The notes beneath the pieces are model-generated. The model saw only the letters and a program-made list of their open reading frames with translations, did not search any database and had not been told where the DNA came from. A stretch of DNA of 64,000 bases, from contig NW_003314413.1 in assembly GCF_000143415.4 (NCBI RefSeq), forward strand, positions 62,001 through 126,000, given 5' to 3'. Both the position numbers and the translations under genes were made by a program. Below are positions 9,314 through 20,311 of the stretch, piece after piece. Each line of letters opens with the position of its first letter. Within the stretch, counting starts at the first letter, position 1. The DNA is from Selaginella moellendorffii. Lineage: Eukaryota; Plantae; Lycopodiophyta.

Positions 9314-11248
9314 TCATAGCAACACTTCCACTTCCTTGACGCTTGGAGTAGAAGAGTGATCATCCCCGTTAGAAGTTCTTCCAAGCTTCTTGGAAGAACA
9401 AATGCTAGAGAGGAGCACGTAAGGCGCTGGATTCCCTGGATCGAGCCTAAACACATTGTCCGCGGCAACCGTGCCCCTCTCTCGATCGCCATGGAGCTTG
9501 CAAGCTCCCAGCAGCGTCATCCAGCACAGAGAATCCGGCTCAAACGGCATGAGCCCGATCAGATCCTCCGCCTCTTGCAGCCACCCGGCCCGGCCGAGGA
9601 TATCGATGACGCAAACGAAGTGATCCAGCTCCAGCAACCCGCGGTAGTCGATCAAGATCGAGACCAAGTACCCGGCAGCTCCTCCTCGCGCCAGCCCCGT
9701 GTGGCTAAACGCCGTGAGCGTGTTGATGAGCGTCACCCCGCTCGGCTCCTCGCCCTGGAGATGCATCATCTGGAAGAACCGCAGCGCCGCGGAGCCGAGG
9801 CCGAAGCTCGCGTGGATCGCGATGATCGAGTTCCAGGTGACTTCGCTCTTCACCGGCATGGCGTGGAAGATCTCGGCTGCTCGTCCCAGGCAGCCACACT
9901 TTGCGTACAAGTTGACGAGCGCGGTGGCGAGCACGACGTCGTCCGCGTAGCCAGCGGCGGCGGCGAGGCCGTGGATGATCTTGCCCTGGGCGAGCGCCAG
10001 ATTCCCAGCGCATGCATCCAGCGCGGCCACGAAGGTGATCAGGTTTGGAGCCGCGCCTTCCAAGTTCATGATCGCGTAGAGCATGAACGCCTCTCGAGTG
10101 TTGGAGTTGTGGACGTAGCCGGAGATGAGCGCGTTCCAAGTCACGGTGTTCCTCTCATCCATCCCTGCGAAGACGATCCAAGCCTCCTCCATGCTGCTGC
10201 AGTTGCCATACATGTTGATCAAAGCGGTCGCCACAACGACGTGAGAGACGAGTCTGTTCTTGCTCGAGATGCTCGAGTGGACGATTCTGCCTTGAGTGAC
10301 CTTGGCTGTGCTGCCGCAGACGGTGAGCAGCGCGATGATCGTCACGTCGTTCGGCTCCATCCCTTCCAGATCCATCAGCCCCAGCATCGCCACTGCTCGA
10401 TCGCACTCCCCCGCTTCGGAGTAGGCCGTGATCATTGCGTTCCAGGACACCAAGTTCCGCTTTGGCATCGTGTCAAACGCCACCTTTGCCTCCTGCAAAT
10501 GCCCAGTCCTAGAAAACGCAGTGATCATCGCGTTCCAAGACACCACATCGCGCACCGGCATTGTCTGGAAGATCTTTCTCGCCTTTTCGATGTTTCCAGC
10601 ATCGGCGTACGATGCGATCATTGTGTTCCACGACGCCACATCCTTGTCTGGGATCTTGGCAAAGATCTCTTCCGCGCGATCAAAATCCCCAGACTGGGCA
10701 TATGCCACGAGCATGATGTTCCAGGAAACTGCGTTTGGATCGACGATCTTATCAAACATCTCGCGCGCTTCGATCAAACGCCCGTAGTGAACAAGCGCCG
10801 CCGTGATCGTGTTCCAGCTCACCACTGTTCTCTGCGGCATCTTGTCGAACAAAACCTTCGCTTCGTCAAGCTGCCCATACGCGGCATATGCTGCGAGGAT
10901 GGTGTTCCACGACACCACGTCTTTCAACGGCATCCGGTCGAACACGTCGCGGGCGTCCTCGATCCGACGGCTGTGTGCGTACGCGGCCATCATGATGTTC
11001 CACGAGAAGACGTTCTTGGAGGGGATCGAATCGAAGACGCGACGCGCCTCGTCCGGGCTGCCGCATTTGCCATACATCTCCATGGCGAGATTCTGGAGAA
11101 ATTTGTTCTGGCGATGCTCGGTGGCGATTATCCTTCGATGGATCCGGCGTCCTGTCGAGAGATCCTGGGAGCGCGCGCACGATCGCAGGAGCGCTGCATA
11201 GAACGCCGGTGAATTCTTCTCGTCGGCGGTGGAAGTTCTCAACTCCAT
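9314..11248 (-). CDS. PLS-class PPR protein with E domain
   Basis: Intronless; many S-type repeats (DVVSWN..); ends MPFEPD..WMTLLGACK..PYVLLSS. First ATG is at 11248; the ORF-track start at 11284 is TTG. Confidence 0.93.
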   Translation of the reverse strand: MELRTSTADEKNSPAFYAALLRSCARSQDLSTGRRIHRRIIATEHRQNKFLQNLAMEMYGKCGSPDEARRVFDSIPSKNVFSWNIMMAAYAHSRRIEDARDVFDRMPLKDVVSWNTILAAYAAYGQLDEAKVLFDKMPQRTVVSWNTITAALVHYGRLIEAREMFDKIVDPNAVSWNIMLVAYAQSGDFDRAEEIFAKIPDKDVASWNTMIASYADAGNIEKARKIFQTMPVRDVVSWNAMITAFSRTGHLQEAKVAFDTMPKRNLVSWNAMITAYSEAGECDRAVAMLGLMDLEGMEPNDVTIIALLTVCGSTAKVTQGRIVHSSISSKNRLVSHVVVATALINMYGNCSSMEEAWIVFAGMDERNTVTWNALISGYVHNSNTREAFMLYAIMNLEGAAPNLITFVAALDACAGNLALAQGKIIHGLAAAAGYADDVVLATALVNLYAKCGCLGRAAEIFHAMPVKSEVTWNSIIAIHASFGLGSAALRFFQMMHLQGEEPSGVTLINTLTAFSHTGLARGGAAGYLVSILIDYRGLLELDHFVCVIDILGRAGWLQEAEDLIGLMPFEPDSLCWMTLLGACKLHGDRERGTVAADNVFRLDPGNPAPYVLLSSICSSKKLGRTSNGDDHSSTPSVKEVEVLL

Positions 11249-11362
11249 TCGAGAAATCCCTTCCCTCCATGCGAGAAATTTCAAGATGCCCCAAATCCAT
11301 GCAAAGAAAAGACCTAATCCCCTGTTTTTGTGAATTAGGGTTCTAGGGAAGGGGGCGAGAGA

Positions 11363-11501
11363 ATGACCGCGTCAGGGCCGAAGAACGAGGAAGGCGGCGA
11401 GCAGCGCCATCTGCAAGGAGGCACGCAGCTGGGAGTTCCAGCTTACTATGGCACATTTCAGGGAAATCCCAGCTTCCCGCAGCCAGTACACCCTAGTCAG
11501 T

Positions 11502-11536
<35 letters not shown>

Positions 11537-12073
11537 CATCAGCAGCAATATCACCCGGGCTACGTTTCTTCTCAAGGTACCTCTTGATCGATTCAATCGC
11601 GCTCTAGATCTAGATATTTCGTCCTGGAGGAAGGATCTCTAAAGAAATCTCTCTTTTTTTTTCGGTTCTTTGCTTGTGTAACAGGATACGAGAGAATCGA
11701 TCACTATCAGCATCACGATAGGCTTCCGTGTTGCGGGCTTGGAATTGGATGGTGTCTGTAAGTCTTCGGCTCGCTCCCCTTTTTTTTTTCTCTTTCCTTG
11801 CTTGAAACTTCTTTCGATATGATGTTTGAATCGCTCACACTGTTTTGGCTTGTAGTTTCATCCTTGGCTTTTTGACGCTTTCGCTTCCCTGGTTCGTGGG
11901 GGCTTTCATTTTCTTTTGCATCAAGACGGACGCGAGAGAACACGTCGGGCTTGCAGCGTGTGCCATTGCAGTAAGTCTTTCTGGTGTTCACGCATTCACT
12001 GATTTACTCCTCCGCAAAACAGGCACTCATGGCTCTCCTCGTCGGTGGCAGCAAAGGGATCCATATGTGGTAG
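11363..12073 (+). CDS. Small membrane protein of the so-called ribosomal protein L18a-like plant family, with poly-Q N-terminus; 4 exons
   Basis: Spliced product YYGTFQG..poly-Q..RLPCCGLGIGWCLFILGF..PWFVGAF..DAREHVGLAACAIA; GT-AG introns; TAG at 12071-12073. Confidence 0.8.
11506..11547 (+). repeat. CAG/CAA poly-glutamine repeat
   Basis: (CAG)n run inside exon 1 of the 11363 gene. Confidence 0.9.
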
Positions 12074-12309
12074 ACGTAAGAGGCACGCACGCACGCTACG
12101 CATGTAAATAAGCTAAGTCATTTGCGAATCTAAACATACTTTTCTTCGGAAACTCGAGCTCGTCGAGATTTTCAAACGTTAACAGTGGCGCGGAAAGTCC
12201 CCCAACGATAGACATGATCTACAGTGTGAGAAGAAGCGACTGACGGGAAAACCAGACTTTATTCCAGATGAGATATGCTACAAGAGAAAACTCTACGGTG
12301 GTGACCATC

Positions 12310-12774
12310 TCAGGCAGGAGCCACAAGTCTGTCCAGACCCCCGGCTTCGATCTTTGGAACCGTGACAAGGAGAACTTCGTCCGAGTACTCCACCCGGGTC
12401 GCCTCTGGCGAGGTCGTGGGTGGGAGCCGAAACCTCCAGCAGTCGACCTGATTCTCGTCGGAAGAAGAAGATAGCAGCCCGACCACCACTTTGACAGCTC
12501 CAGGGACGATCTCGAGAACTTGGACCCGGACATCCTCCGCCGCCAGGCCCGAGTGCTGGATCGCAAACATGTAACACTCTGGAGTCTCGTGGACCTCGAC
12601 GTCCTTGTCAGATCGAAAGGGGAGCTGGAGAACTTTGGCAAACAGGTGTGGCATCCGCTTGAGTGGCTTGCTGCTCGTCACGGTGGATGGAACGGCGCTA
12701 GCGGCGGCCTCGATATCATAGACGACGACCATCGTTTGCCTCCTGTTTAGCGGATGTACCTTAGCTACTGTCAT
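12310..12774 (-). CDS. HSP20/alpha-crystallin-domain-like protein
   Basis: LKRMPHLFAKVLQLPF...WRFRLP.TTSPE...LLVTVPK matches the plant ACD-like family. Confidence 0.8.
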   Translation of the reverse strand: MTVAKVHPLNRRQTMVVVYDIEAAASAVPSTVTSSKPLKRMPHLFAKVLQLPFRSDKDVEVHETPECYMFAIQHSGLAAEDVRVQVLEIVPGAVKVVVGLLSSSSDENQVDCWRFRLPPTTSPEATRVEYSDEVLLVTVPKIEAGGLDRLVAPA

Positions 12775-13471
12775 AGCTCCGGAGAATTTTTTTTTCCTTT
12801 CCTTGCTATCGCTGTGATCCTTTCTTCCTTTCTTTTGGTATGAGAATCGAGAGAGGGAGAAGCCTTTTTCTTCTAGGTACCTTTTAACGCTGGAAAGCTT
12901 TCTCTTGGCTTCCTCTGTCTTTCAAAGAGCCTGCTTATAAACATAACCAAGGAAGGAATGAAAGCTTGGAGGAATGGAGGAGAGGAATGGCGATGTGGGC
13001 GATTGCGAGGGGCGCGACCCACGTCTCCAAATGCCCGTGACTGAGGACCCAAGAAAGCGCAGACTCGATCGGGCCCCCAAAGTAGCCCTAGTTGGCTGAG
13101 AATCTTTTTTAGGGAAGAATGAGAGGAGGGAATTCTCTACGGTGGTTGCAAGCGGTTAGGCTATGGCCGCCAGAATGGACATATAAATCTTGTAACTAGC
13201 AGTAGATTTTAGCGGATGAAATGGATAGATGATAGAATCTCCAGAGATAAGAGTGGGCTATAAACAGCGATGGGATCGGCGGCTTTATATACAAACGGGA
13301 TCATCAAATCAAACGGCTAATCATCTGAAAGTTGGAAGAAAATTTCATTCCTTGCGGGCTGCTCCACCACCCTCCTGGAAAAAACCACCGGATCAAACAA
13401 TCCCCACATGAAAGAATTCGCACTGTATTTAGCTACGCATCGCATCGATCAAAAGAAAAACGAGGAAGGAG

Positions 13472-13813
13472 CTAGAAAACCTGTGAGATTGGCCTCTTCC
13501 CCAAGCGCTTGATCTCCTTGTCCATGTTTCCAGTGAGCATCAATCCAAACATCTTGCAATCGCACATAAACGACCAGAGCGGGTGCCCAAATGTGGCCGG
13601 CGTGTTGCCCTCCACGAAGAAATGGCTGTACCACGCCATTCCATAGCCCACCACTGGCACCAGGAAGAAGAGCCACCACTTAATCAGCAGCGCGCCCACC
13701 AGCAGGATCGTCGCGCAGCTCGTGCCCAAGAAATGCAATCGCCGCGTCGTCGGCTTGGAGTGCTGATTCATGTAAAAGGGCCAGAACTCTTCGAAGCTCC
13801 GGAAGTGCATCAT
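13472..13813 (-). CDS. DUF962 / Mpo1-like membrane protein
   Basis: FRSFEEFWPFYMNQHSKPTTRRLHFLGT...GYGMAWYSHFFVEGNTPATFGHPLWS. The upstream in-frame extension to 14383 does not look conserved. Confidence 0.88.
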   Translation of the reverse strand: MMHFRSFEEFWPFYMNQHSKPTTRRLHFLGTSCATILLVGALLIKWWLFFLVPVVGYGMAWYSHFFVEGNTPATFGHPLWSFMCDCKMFGLMLTGNMDKEIKRLGKRPISQVF

Positions 13814-14251
13814 CGATTTCGCCAATCTTCGACGCAAATTCTCCACCTGGGCAGCTGATCCCCACCGATTCCCGACTTGGGCTGCGATCAATTCCTCGCC
13901 AGGAGCCCTACTTCGACCGCGAGGACGCGCGCCACCACCATCGCCATAGCTTCCCCATGAAACCAAAGGAGAGCCGTTGATTGCCTGCCACGTATGCGAC
14001 AGCTCTGAGCCGTTGGATGGCATGGCGGGAAGTGTCTCAGGTTCGATTCCGGCCGCGGGCATTCCATTTTGCGGGGCTGCCATGGCGGCTGCGTTGTCGG
14101 CGTGAGAGACCAGGTATTGTTCTAGGCGAGAATTTCTCGAAATCTCGCTCACGATTCCTCTCCAGATCGCGCGCGTTGCATTTTCGCATGGCGATCGGTG
14201 GTGGAAAGATCCGGCATTAGGGTTTATCAAGCGCGACGCTGTTCTTGCTGG

Positions 14252-15331
14252 ATGGCGAGTAGATTCCAGGCGCTGGCGATGCTGTCCAGGGTGTGCTGCC
14301 TGCCGCGGGCTCGAATCGGTCGCAGGTTTACTCACAGCAGCGCAGCTGGGGCGTTCCAGATTATCAGCAGGAGGGGCAATCACTTTTGGTCAAGTTCTTC
14401 CGAGGATAGTGGGATAGACGTGGAGGCGGAGGCTAGCAGCACCAGCAGCGCTAGCACTAGCAGTCGCAAGTTGCCGCTGGTGGACGAGAAGAAGATCACA
14501 CAGGCGGCCCCCGACTGGCTTCCACTTGTTCCTGGGAGTTCTTACTGGGTACCATCGGAGGAGGAGAAGGTGAAGCCCGTCACTGTGAAGCTGCTCAACT
14601 TGAGCGACGGGAAGATCACGGCGTGCATCTCGCCTTGCGGCTGGCCAGCCTTGTCGGAGGACGAAGATTGTAAGTTCTTCTTTCTATTTGCTTTGTTCTT
14701 CCTTTGTTCTTGATGTGTTCGCGGTTTTCTATGGTTTCTATGCCTTGTTCTCGTGGTTTTCATGTTTTTGCGTTACTCTACATTGTTTTCTCTTGCTAGT
14801 TTTTCTTCAAGTTTTGATCGTTTTCTTCGGTTCTAGTCTTTGGTTCTTGGTTTTTTTGCCGTGTTCTTGGTGGTGTTTGGTTTTTTATGGTTTCCATGCG
14901 TAGTTTTCGTGGTGTCTTATGCGTAGTTCTACATCTTTCTTTGAATTGTTTTTCTTTTCTTTTTTTTCAGTTCTTCAAGTGTTGATCGTTATTTTTGGTT
15001 TGATACTTGGTTTGGTTCTGTGTTCTTTTGTGTGGCTCTCGTGGTTGTTCTTTTGAGAATATCAGCAATGGTTTTCTCTTGCGAGTGTATTGCTTGTATG
15101 AAACCATTGCCTCGTACTTCTTTTGTGTGACTCCGGGAGGGAATATTTGTCGTGTCGATTTTGTGTAAGATTGCTGCGAAGATTTTCTTCCTGTGACACG
15201 TCCGGTGTTTTTGTGGTGTCGATTTTTTGTACGATATCTGCGAAGATTTTCTTCCTGTACTGACACGGCCGATGTTTCTTTTTCTTCCTGCAGTCACGGA
15301 TGTGTCTGAGGACGAAGACGACGATGATTAA
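14252..15331 (+). CDS. Uncharacterised conserved plant protein with probable organellar transit peptide; 2 exons
   Basis: R/S/A-rich N-terminus; APDWLPLVPGSSYWVP and GWP motifs; intron 14670-15293; acidic last exon ending TAA at 15329-15331. Confidence 0.65.
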
Positions 15332-15671
15332 GTCATACGAGCTGCTTAGCTTGCTCAAGAGCTTGCGAGCTTGCGAGAAACAAAGCAAAGGGAAAAAGAA
15401 CCACTGACTGGGGCCAAACGAGCTGGAAATGCTCACTCTGTGCGTAAACGCTGGGAATGTAAAATTTATTCTAGCAAAACAATAGAATAAGCCTTCGATC
15501 AACGGTTGGGATTTTCGATCCGTATCAACGGTTGCGATCCACGGGGAAGGGAATATTCGCATAGCGCCCAACATTTTCCCTCTCTTTTCTTTTGTTTGAA
15601 CCACCACTCATCAGCGAGGGCTTTTGCAGAGCTAGGGTTTTGCGGGAAGGAGGCGCTGCTCGATCGATCGA

Positions 15672-17893
15672 ATGGACGAGGTAAGCGCCGCACGGCGATC
15701 TAGAGTTGCGCACTCACGATGCTTTGATTCTAGAATGTGGCGCCTCTCGCAGTGAATCCTAGAGCTGCGCACCCTGGTATGCGTATTATTTGAACGGGTT
15801 TCTGATGATCACTTGTGTTTCATGGTAGTGCCAAAGAATGTGTTTAAGCGTCTATACAGTGGATTCAAGGGAGGGGATCCGAAGATCCGCAAGCATGGGA
15901 GGTAAAAATACCATTTTTCTTCTTTTAGCTGATGACTAAGTTGTCATGCAGTGCGAAAGAGGAGGAGACTGATAAAACCCCGTTGAAAGCCACCAGAGGA
16001 CGCCAAGTTTCATCCAAGTTCTCTGGGGTTTTGTTGTCCAGATCCACCAAGAAGTACGACAGCCAGAAACAATGCTTGGCGAAGAAGTTCTCATTTAAGA
16101 CGCCGTCTACGAACCAGCAGTTTGTGACGTCCGAGAGAGGGGCTGAGAGCAAACCGTCGGTGAAAACTCCCGCTTCCGTTAGACTTGCGAGATCCAAGCT
16201 CGAGTCCGCAAAGTACTGGCTGTCGCTGGTGAGTGTTGCGGAGAAAGCAGGAAAGCACGCCGTCTCGGTGGGGCTTTTCCGCCTTGCTACCGACTGTGGA
16301 GCAAAGGTATTTATTAATTTGTGTCAGATTTCTTTTCTCCCGGCATGATCCCTTTCTCTCATGTGTGTGCAGCCGATAGCTGACATCCAAAAAGGCCTTG
16401 CGTCCTATACTGCTCGATACAATCTCAACTCGACTCCCGCAGACAGCCACCTGGAAGTTTCACCTTCTCTTAAAGTCGAGGAACATGTCCCGGACGTGCT
16501 GTCGGATAGTCAGCATCCTGCAATCAATACTGAAGCTGACGAAGGCAAAGCTGTTAAAGAAGTCAAGGCTATGGAGAATCTCGGTGACGAGGAGTGCTCA
16601 CGGGTTTCTGTCATTGACAAGCTTAATCCAGAAGACGATGCTACCTCTGAGGTCATCAACGGCGTCATTCACACTACTGATGCCCATGAAACTGGTGCCA
16701 CCAGTAAGTTGGACGCGCAGAAATCGCCACCAAAGCCTTCGGCTGAAGTTATTGCTCCTCGACGTACTCCTCGCCGCGCATGCGCTATACGCGCGATTCA
16801 GAGGATTGAAGAAAGCAACAAGAAGCAACCTCGACGAAAGCAGCCAGGTACCTGGATCTGGAAAGTTCTACCATAGTTCTTTCTAATTCTATGTGTGTTC
16901 CGTCCAGAGTCGAAGGCCGGCGAAACCTCGAACGAAGCTCCTGAGCAACGTGATTTGGATGTCGAGAAAATGGACGTGGATGCCCTGATGGAGGAGGTAG
17001 TCTCGTGCATGATGACAGGATCGGGCAACCAGGAAGTGCTGAGTACTTCCAAGCCCCGTCTGCGTTCGAGCTGTAAGAAGCAAGCGAAAGTACCTGCTCG
17101 ATGCGCAATCTCGCCAAATCAAGCACAGGATAAGAAGGCTGGCAACGGGAACCAGGAGTTCCAGGTTGTGAGCGAGAGCTCCAAAACCAGCGATCACAAC
17201 GAAGTTGGAAAAGAAAATGCTCCAAAGGCGACAACGAGTCGAACACTTTTCGAGGTAATGACCTGTGGCATTCCAGTACCAAGACTTTTGAATTGATCTT
17301 ATGATTTCCTTGTTTACAGACACCGACAAAGAAAAGCATAGCTGTTGAACCAGGTAAGTTTTTTCTTCTTGTTAGCTTCCTCTTCTCACCATTTTGCAAC
17401 GTGCCAGTGCCAGGAAGTACCGAAACAAGGAAGTCGGCAAGAATCCGGTCAATCGGCAAGTCCGCCGGCAAGTGTGCTTGACAATGTGAGTTTTTCCTTA
17501 GACTTTACAGTTTCAGCTTGCTATGATCTCTCAACTTTCGAAAGCAAGCTAGCACCAGTTGAAAGATTTGACAGAAAAAAGCATATAGTAAATATTTCGT
17601 CTACTTGATCGATTTCAAGAGCTGAGAAAAAAGGTGCTTTTGGCGACACTGGAACTTCTTTAAAGGTAAATATCAAGTTTCCTTGTCCCTTTCATTATCT
17701 GTAGAAGATAACAGCCTGAGATATTCATACTTTCTGTGTTACAGGCATTTGGGGCGAGAAGCGTAGCTAGTACACAGGTAAGATGGCAAGATCTGTACTA
17801 TATTCTTTTTCCTTTCGTCTGATAATTATCTGCGAGACTCCGACTGACTGTACCCAGATGCGCCACGGAGCTTTTACTTACTCGAAGAAAAGT
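15672..17893 (+). CDS. Multi-exon basic/low-complexity plant protein with a conserved helical YWL..AE..GKH domain (putatively microtubule-associated); 3' end uncertain
   Basis: ATGGACGAG|GTAAGC start; exon AKYWLSLVSVAEKAGKHAVSVGLFRLATDCGAK|PIADIQKGLASYTARY; many GT-AG introns. Confidence 0.55.
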
Positions 17894-18887
17894 AAGTGCT
17901 CGCTATCTCATCGATAAGCCAGGCTTGTGTGACTGACTAAATGGGACGTGTGTAGCTCGTCTGCTGGGGTCCCAGTTTTGAGGGGCATCGGACGCTTCCA
18001 TTCCGATATGGATGCTATCTTCGAATCCAGGCTCGCTTTCCTTCTGGAGTCCATTTCGAGAGCCTTGTTTTTTAAGTGTTTTCAAGGCTAAAGCTGGTGC
18101 TTTGCTTGGTGTAGCTGTTTAAGTGGGGACGCTTGGAGCCTCCTTTTCTTTTATCAAGTGTTCTTTCTAGTGGTAAATGTGAGAATGAAAGATCTTTGTC
18201 ACCAGTCTTTGTTTTGCAGCTCTGTTCTTCCTGACAACAACGAAACAACGACACACGCCTTGAATTCGATTCCCAAGACCGGACTCGTTGCGATATCATC
18301 CATCCATGCCAGTTTATTTGTAAGAAAATTGCTAACGAGAGAGAGAGAGCGAGAGAGAGAGAGAATTATGGCTCGAATAGAAAAAACCATTAGCAAAAGC
18401 CAGCTGGCAGGGGCCCTCCACGTGGCCCGCCGAGTGAATCCACTACGGCCACGTCTCGAGATTATACAATAGCCTTGATCAAGCAAATCACCTGTACGAC
18501 ATCCCGTCAATCCAGCGGTGACGTGTACGGCGGAACCAAGAGAGAGATTAACTTGCGTTCGTCTTTCTCTCTTTTCTTTCTTTTTTACTAGTTGGTGTTT
18601 GGCGAATGGCCCACTCTCGATCCTTTTGAGCGTAGATCTTTTATCACCCCCCTTCCTCTGCGCTTATACACAATCTTCTCCCCTTGGCAACACTCCTAGA
18701 CGCGCTTCTTCTTTTTCTTCTTCTTCCCAAGGTCGGTATCCTCATCTCAATTCCTCGAGAATTCCATCGCAAAAGCCCCCATTTTTCTTGGCTGCTTCTT
18801 TGTCTCTATCTGTGTCGTCGAGGAATTAAGCTGTGGCTGTTCTTGGCTGTAGAGAGAGCGAGCGAGCCAGCTCCATCGCAGAAGAGA

Positions 18888-19844
18888 ATGACGGAACAAG
18901 CGCCAGCGGCTCCAGTCACTCACGCTCCAGCGGCTCCAGTCACTCACGCTCCAGTGGCTCCAGTCACTCACGCTCCAGTCGACAAGAATGTCACTGCCGA
19001 GACGGCCAGTCCCACGTCGGTGATTGGAACAAATGTGAAGAGCCCTCCTTCTCCAGGACGCGCTCCTGCCGACGCCAACCACGCTCATGCTGCTACCACC
19101 CATCCTGGTGACGAGAATTCTCGCTGTGTCCCCTGTTTCTCTTCCTGACCCTGTGAGTGCCCCAATTCCTTCTTTGCAGAGGCTGCTCATGTGAAGGCTG
19201 CTCCAGGAAGTCCCCCTTCCAGCAAGAATTCCCTCTCGTCTTCGTTGAGGACTGATGGAGGCGGATCAATGGATCGAGGTACGAAGTTTTGGTTCCCGGG
19301 TTCACGTGTCTCCAGCGGACCGTTTACTCTCTCGCTGTAGATTCCGCTCTTGCCAAGGTCCAACACGAGAGGACAATGTCGAACATCAAGGCCTGGGAAG
19401 AGAGTCGCAAAGCGAAAGCCACCAACAGGTAAGCAACGTTTTGAGAGGTTCTTGCTGGTTCTTACCTTTGTTCTTTGTTGGCAAACAGGTGCGCCGCGGT
19501 GATTGCAAAGATCGGTGCCTGGGAGGCCTCGCAGAAGGCTGGAGCTGAAGCCAAGTTGAAGCAGGCTGAGGTGAGCAGAAAACAATTTTAATTAGTAAAC
19601 TTTTAGCTTGAAAAATTAGATATTGACATGTCTCAAACCTGTGCAGGAGAAACTCGAGAAGAAGAGAGCCGCACTCGTCGAAAAGATGCGTAATCAGATT
19701 GCAGCCGCTCACAAGATGGCCGAAGAGAGACGAGCTCTCGCGCACGCGCAGGAAGGCGAGGAGATGTTCAAAATCGAAGAAACTTCAGCAAAGTACAGAG
19801 CTCAAAACAAAAAGCCTGGAGGATTCCTGTGCTTCAAGGCCTGA
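18888..19844 (+). CDS. Remorin (group-1-like); 5 exons
   Basis: Pro-rich N-terminus with 24-bp APAAPVTH repeats; SMDRDSALAKV..IKAWEES..KA.N, AWE, EKLEKKRA..EKMRNQIA; Cys-containing C-terminal anchor GGFLCFKA. Confidence 0.93.
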
Positions 19845-20311
19845 AAGTATATGTGATCCCATACATATGCTACGACGATCGACAGATGGTTTGCTGTGAT
19901 CCTGTTTGGCTTGAGTTTGGTTGCTGTAAATTATTCGATTAATATGAAAACCAAAACAATTGTACCTGGGTGGAGAATCATTTTACAATAACTGTTACAA
20001 AGCTTTGTCTCTCGCAAGCAAAAGACACAGACTTTACTGTGTTCACAGACCCCGCAAGTGCATTGAAAGTAAAACACTGCACAAAGACGATAAGCGGTTC
20101 AACGATAAATCCCACAGTTTTCTCACCAGCAGGAAATGCGGAAAAAGTTCCGCTTGAACTGTCTGTCTCGCATTACGTTTTTGATGCACACATGTACAAA
20201 CTGCCCCACACCTGTCACTTCCGTTTTGCTGATATGCCACTTAACTGAACCACCTGCAACACACACGCAAACTCTTTCAAGGCTCGTAGATCAAAACAAG
20301 ATTTGAGTTTT

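Noticed and set aside
9356-11212. 618-aa antisense ORF (and the 378-aa ORF 7634..8770) opposite the PPR genes
   Set aside because: Expected shadow ORFs of GC3-rich coding sequence; no recognisable domain.
13814-14383. Long in-frame N-terminal extension of DUF962
   Set aside because: Overlaps the divergent promoter and gene; family members start at the MxFRS motif.
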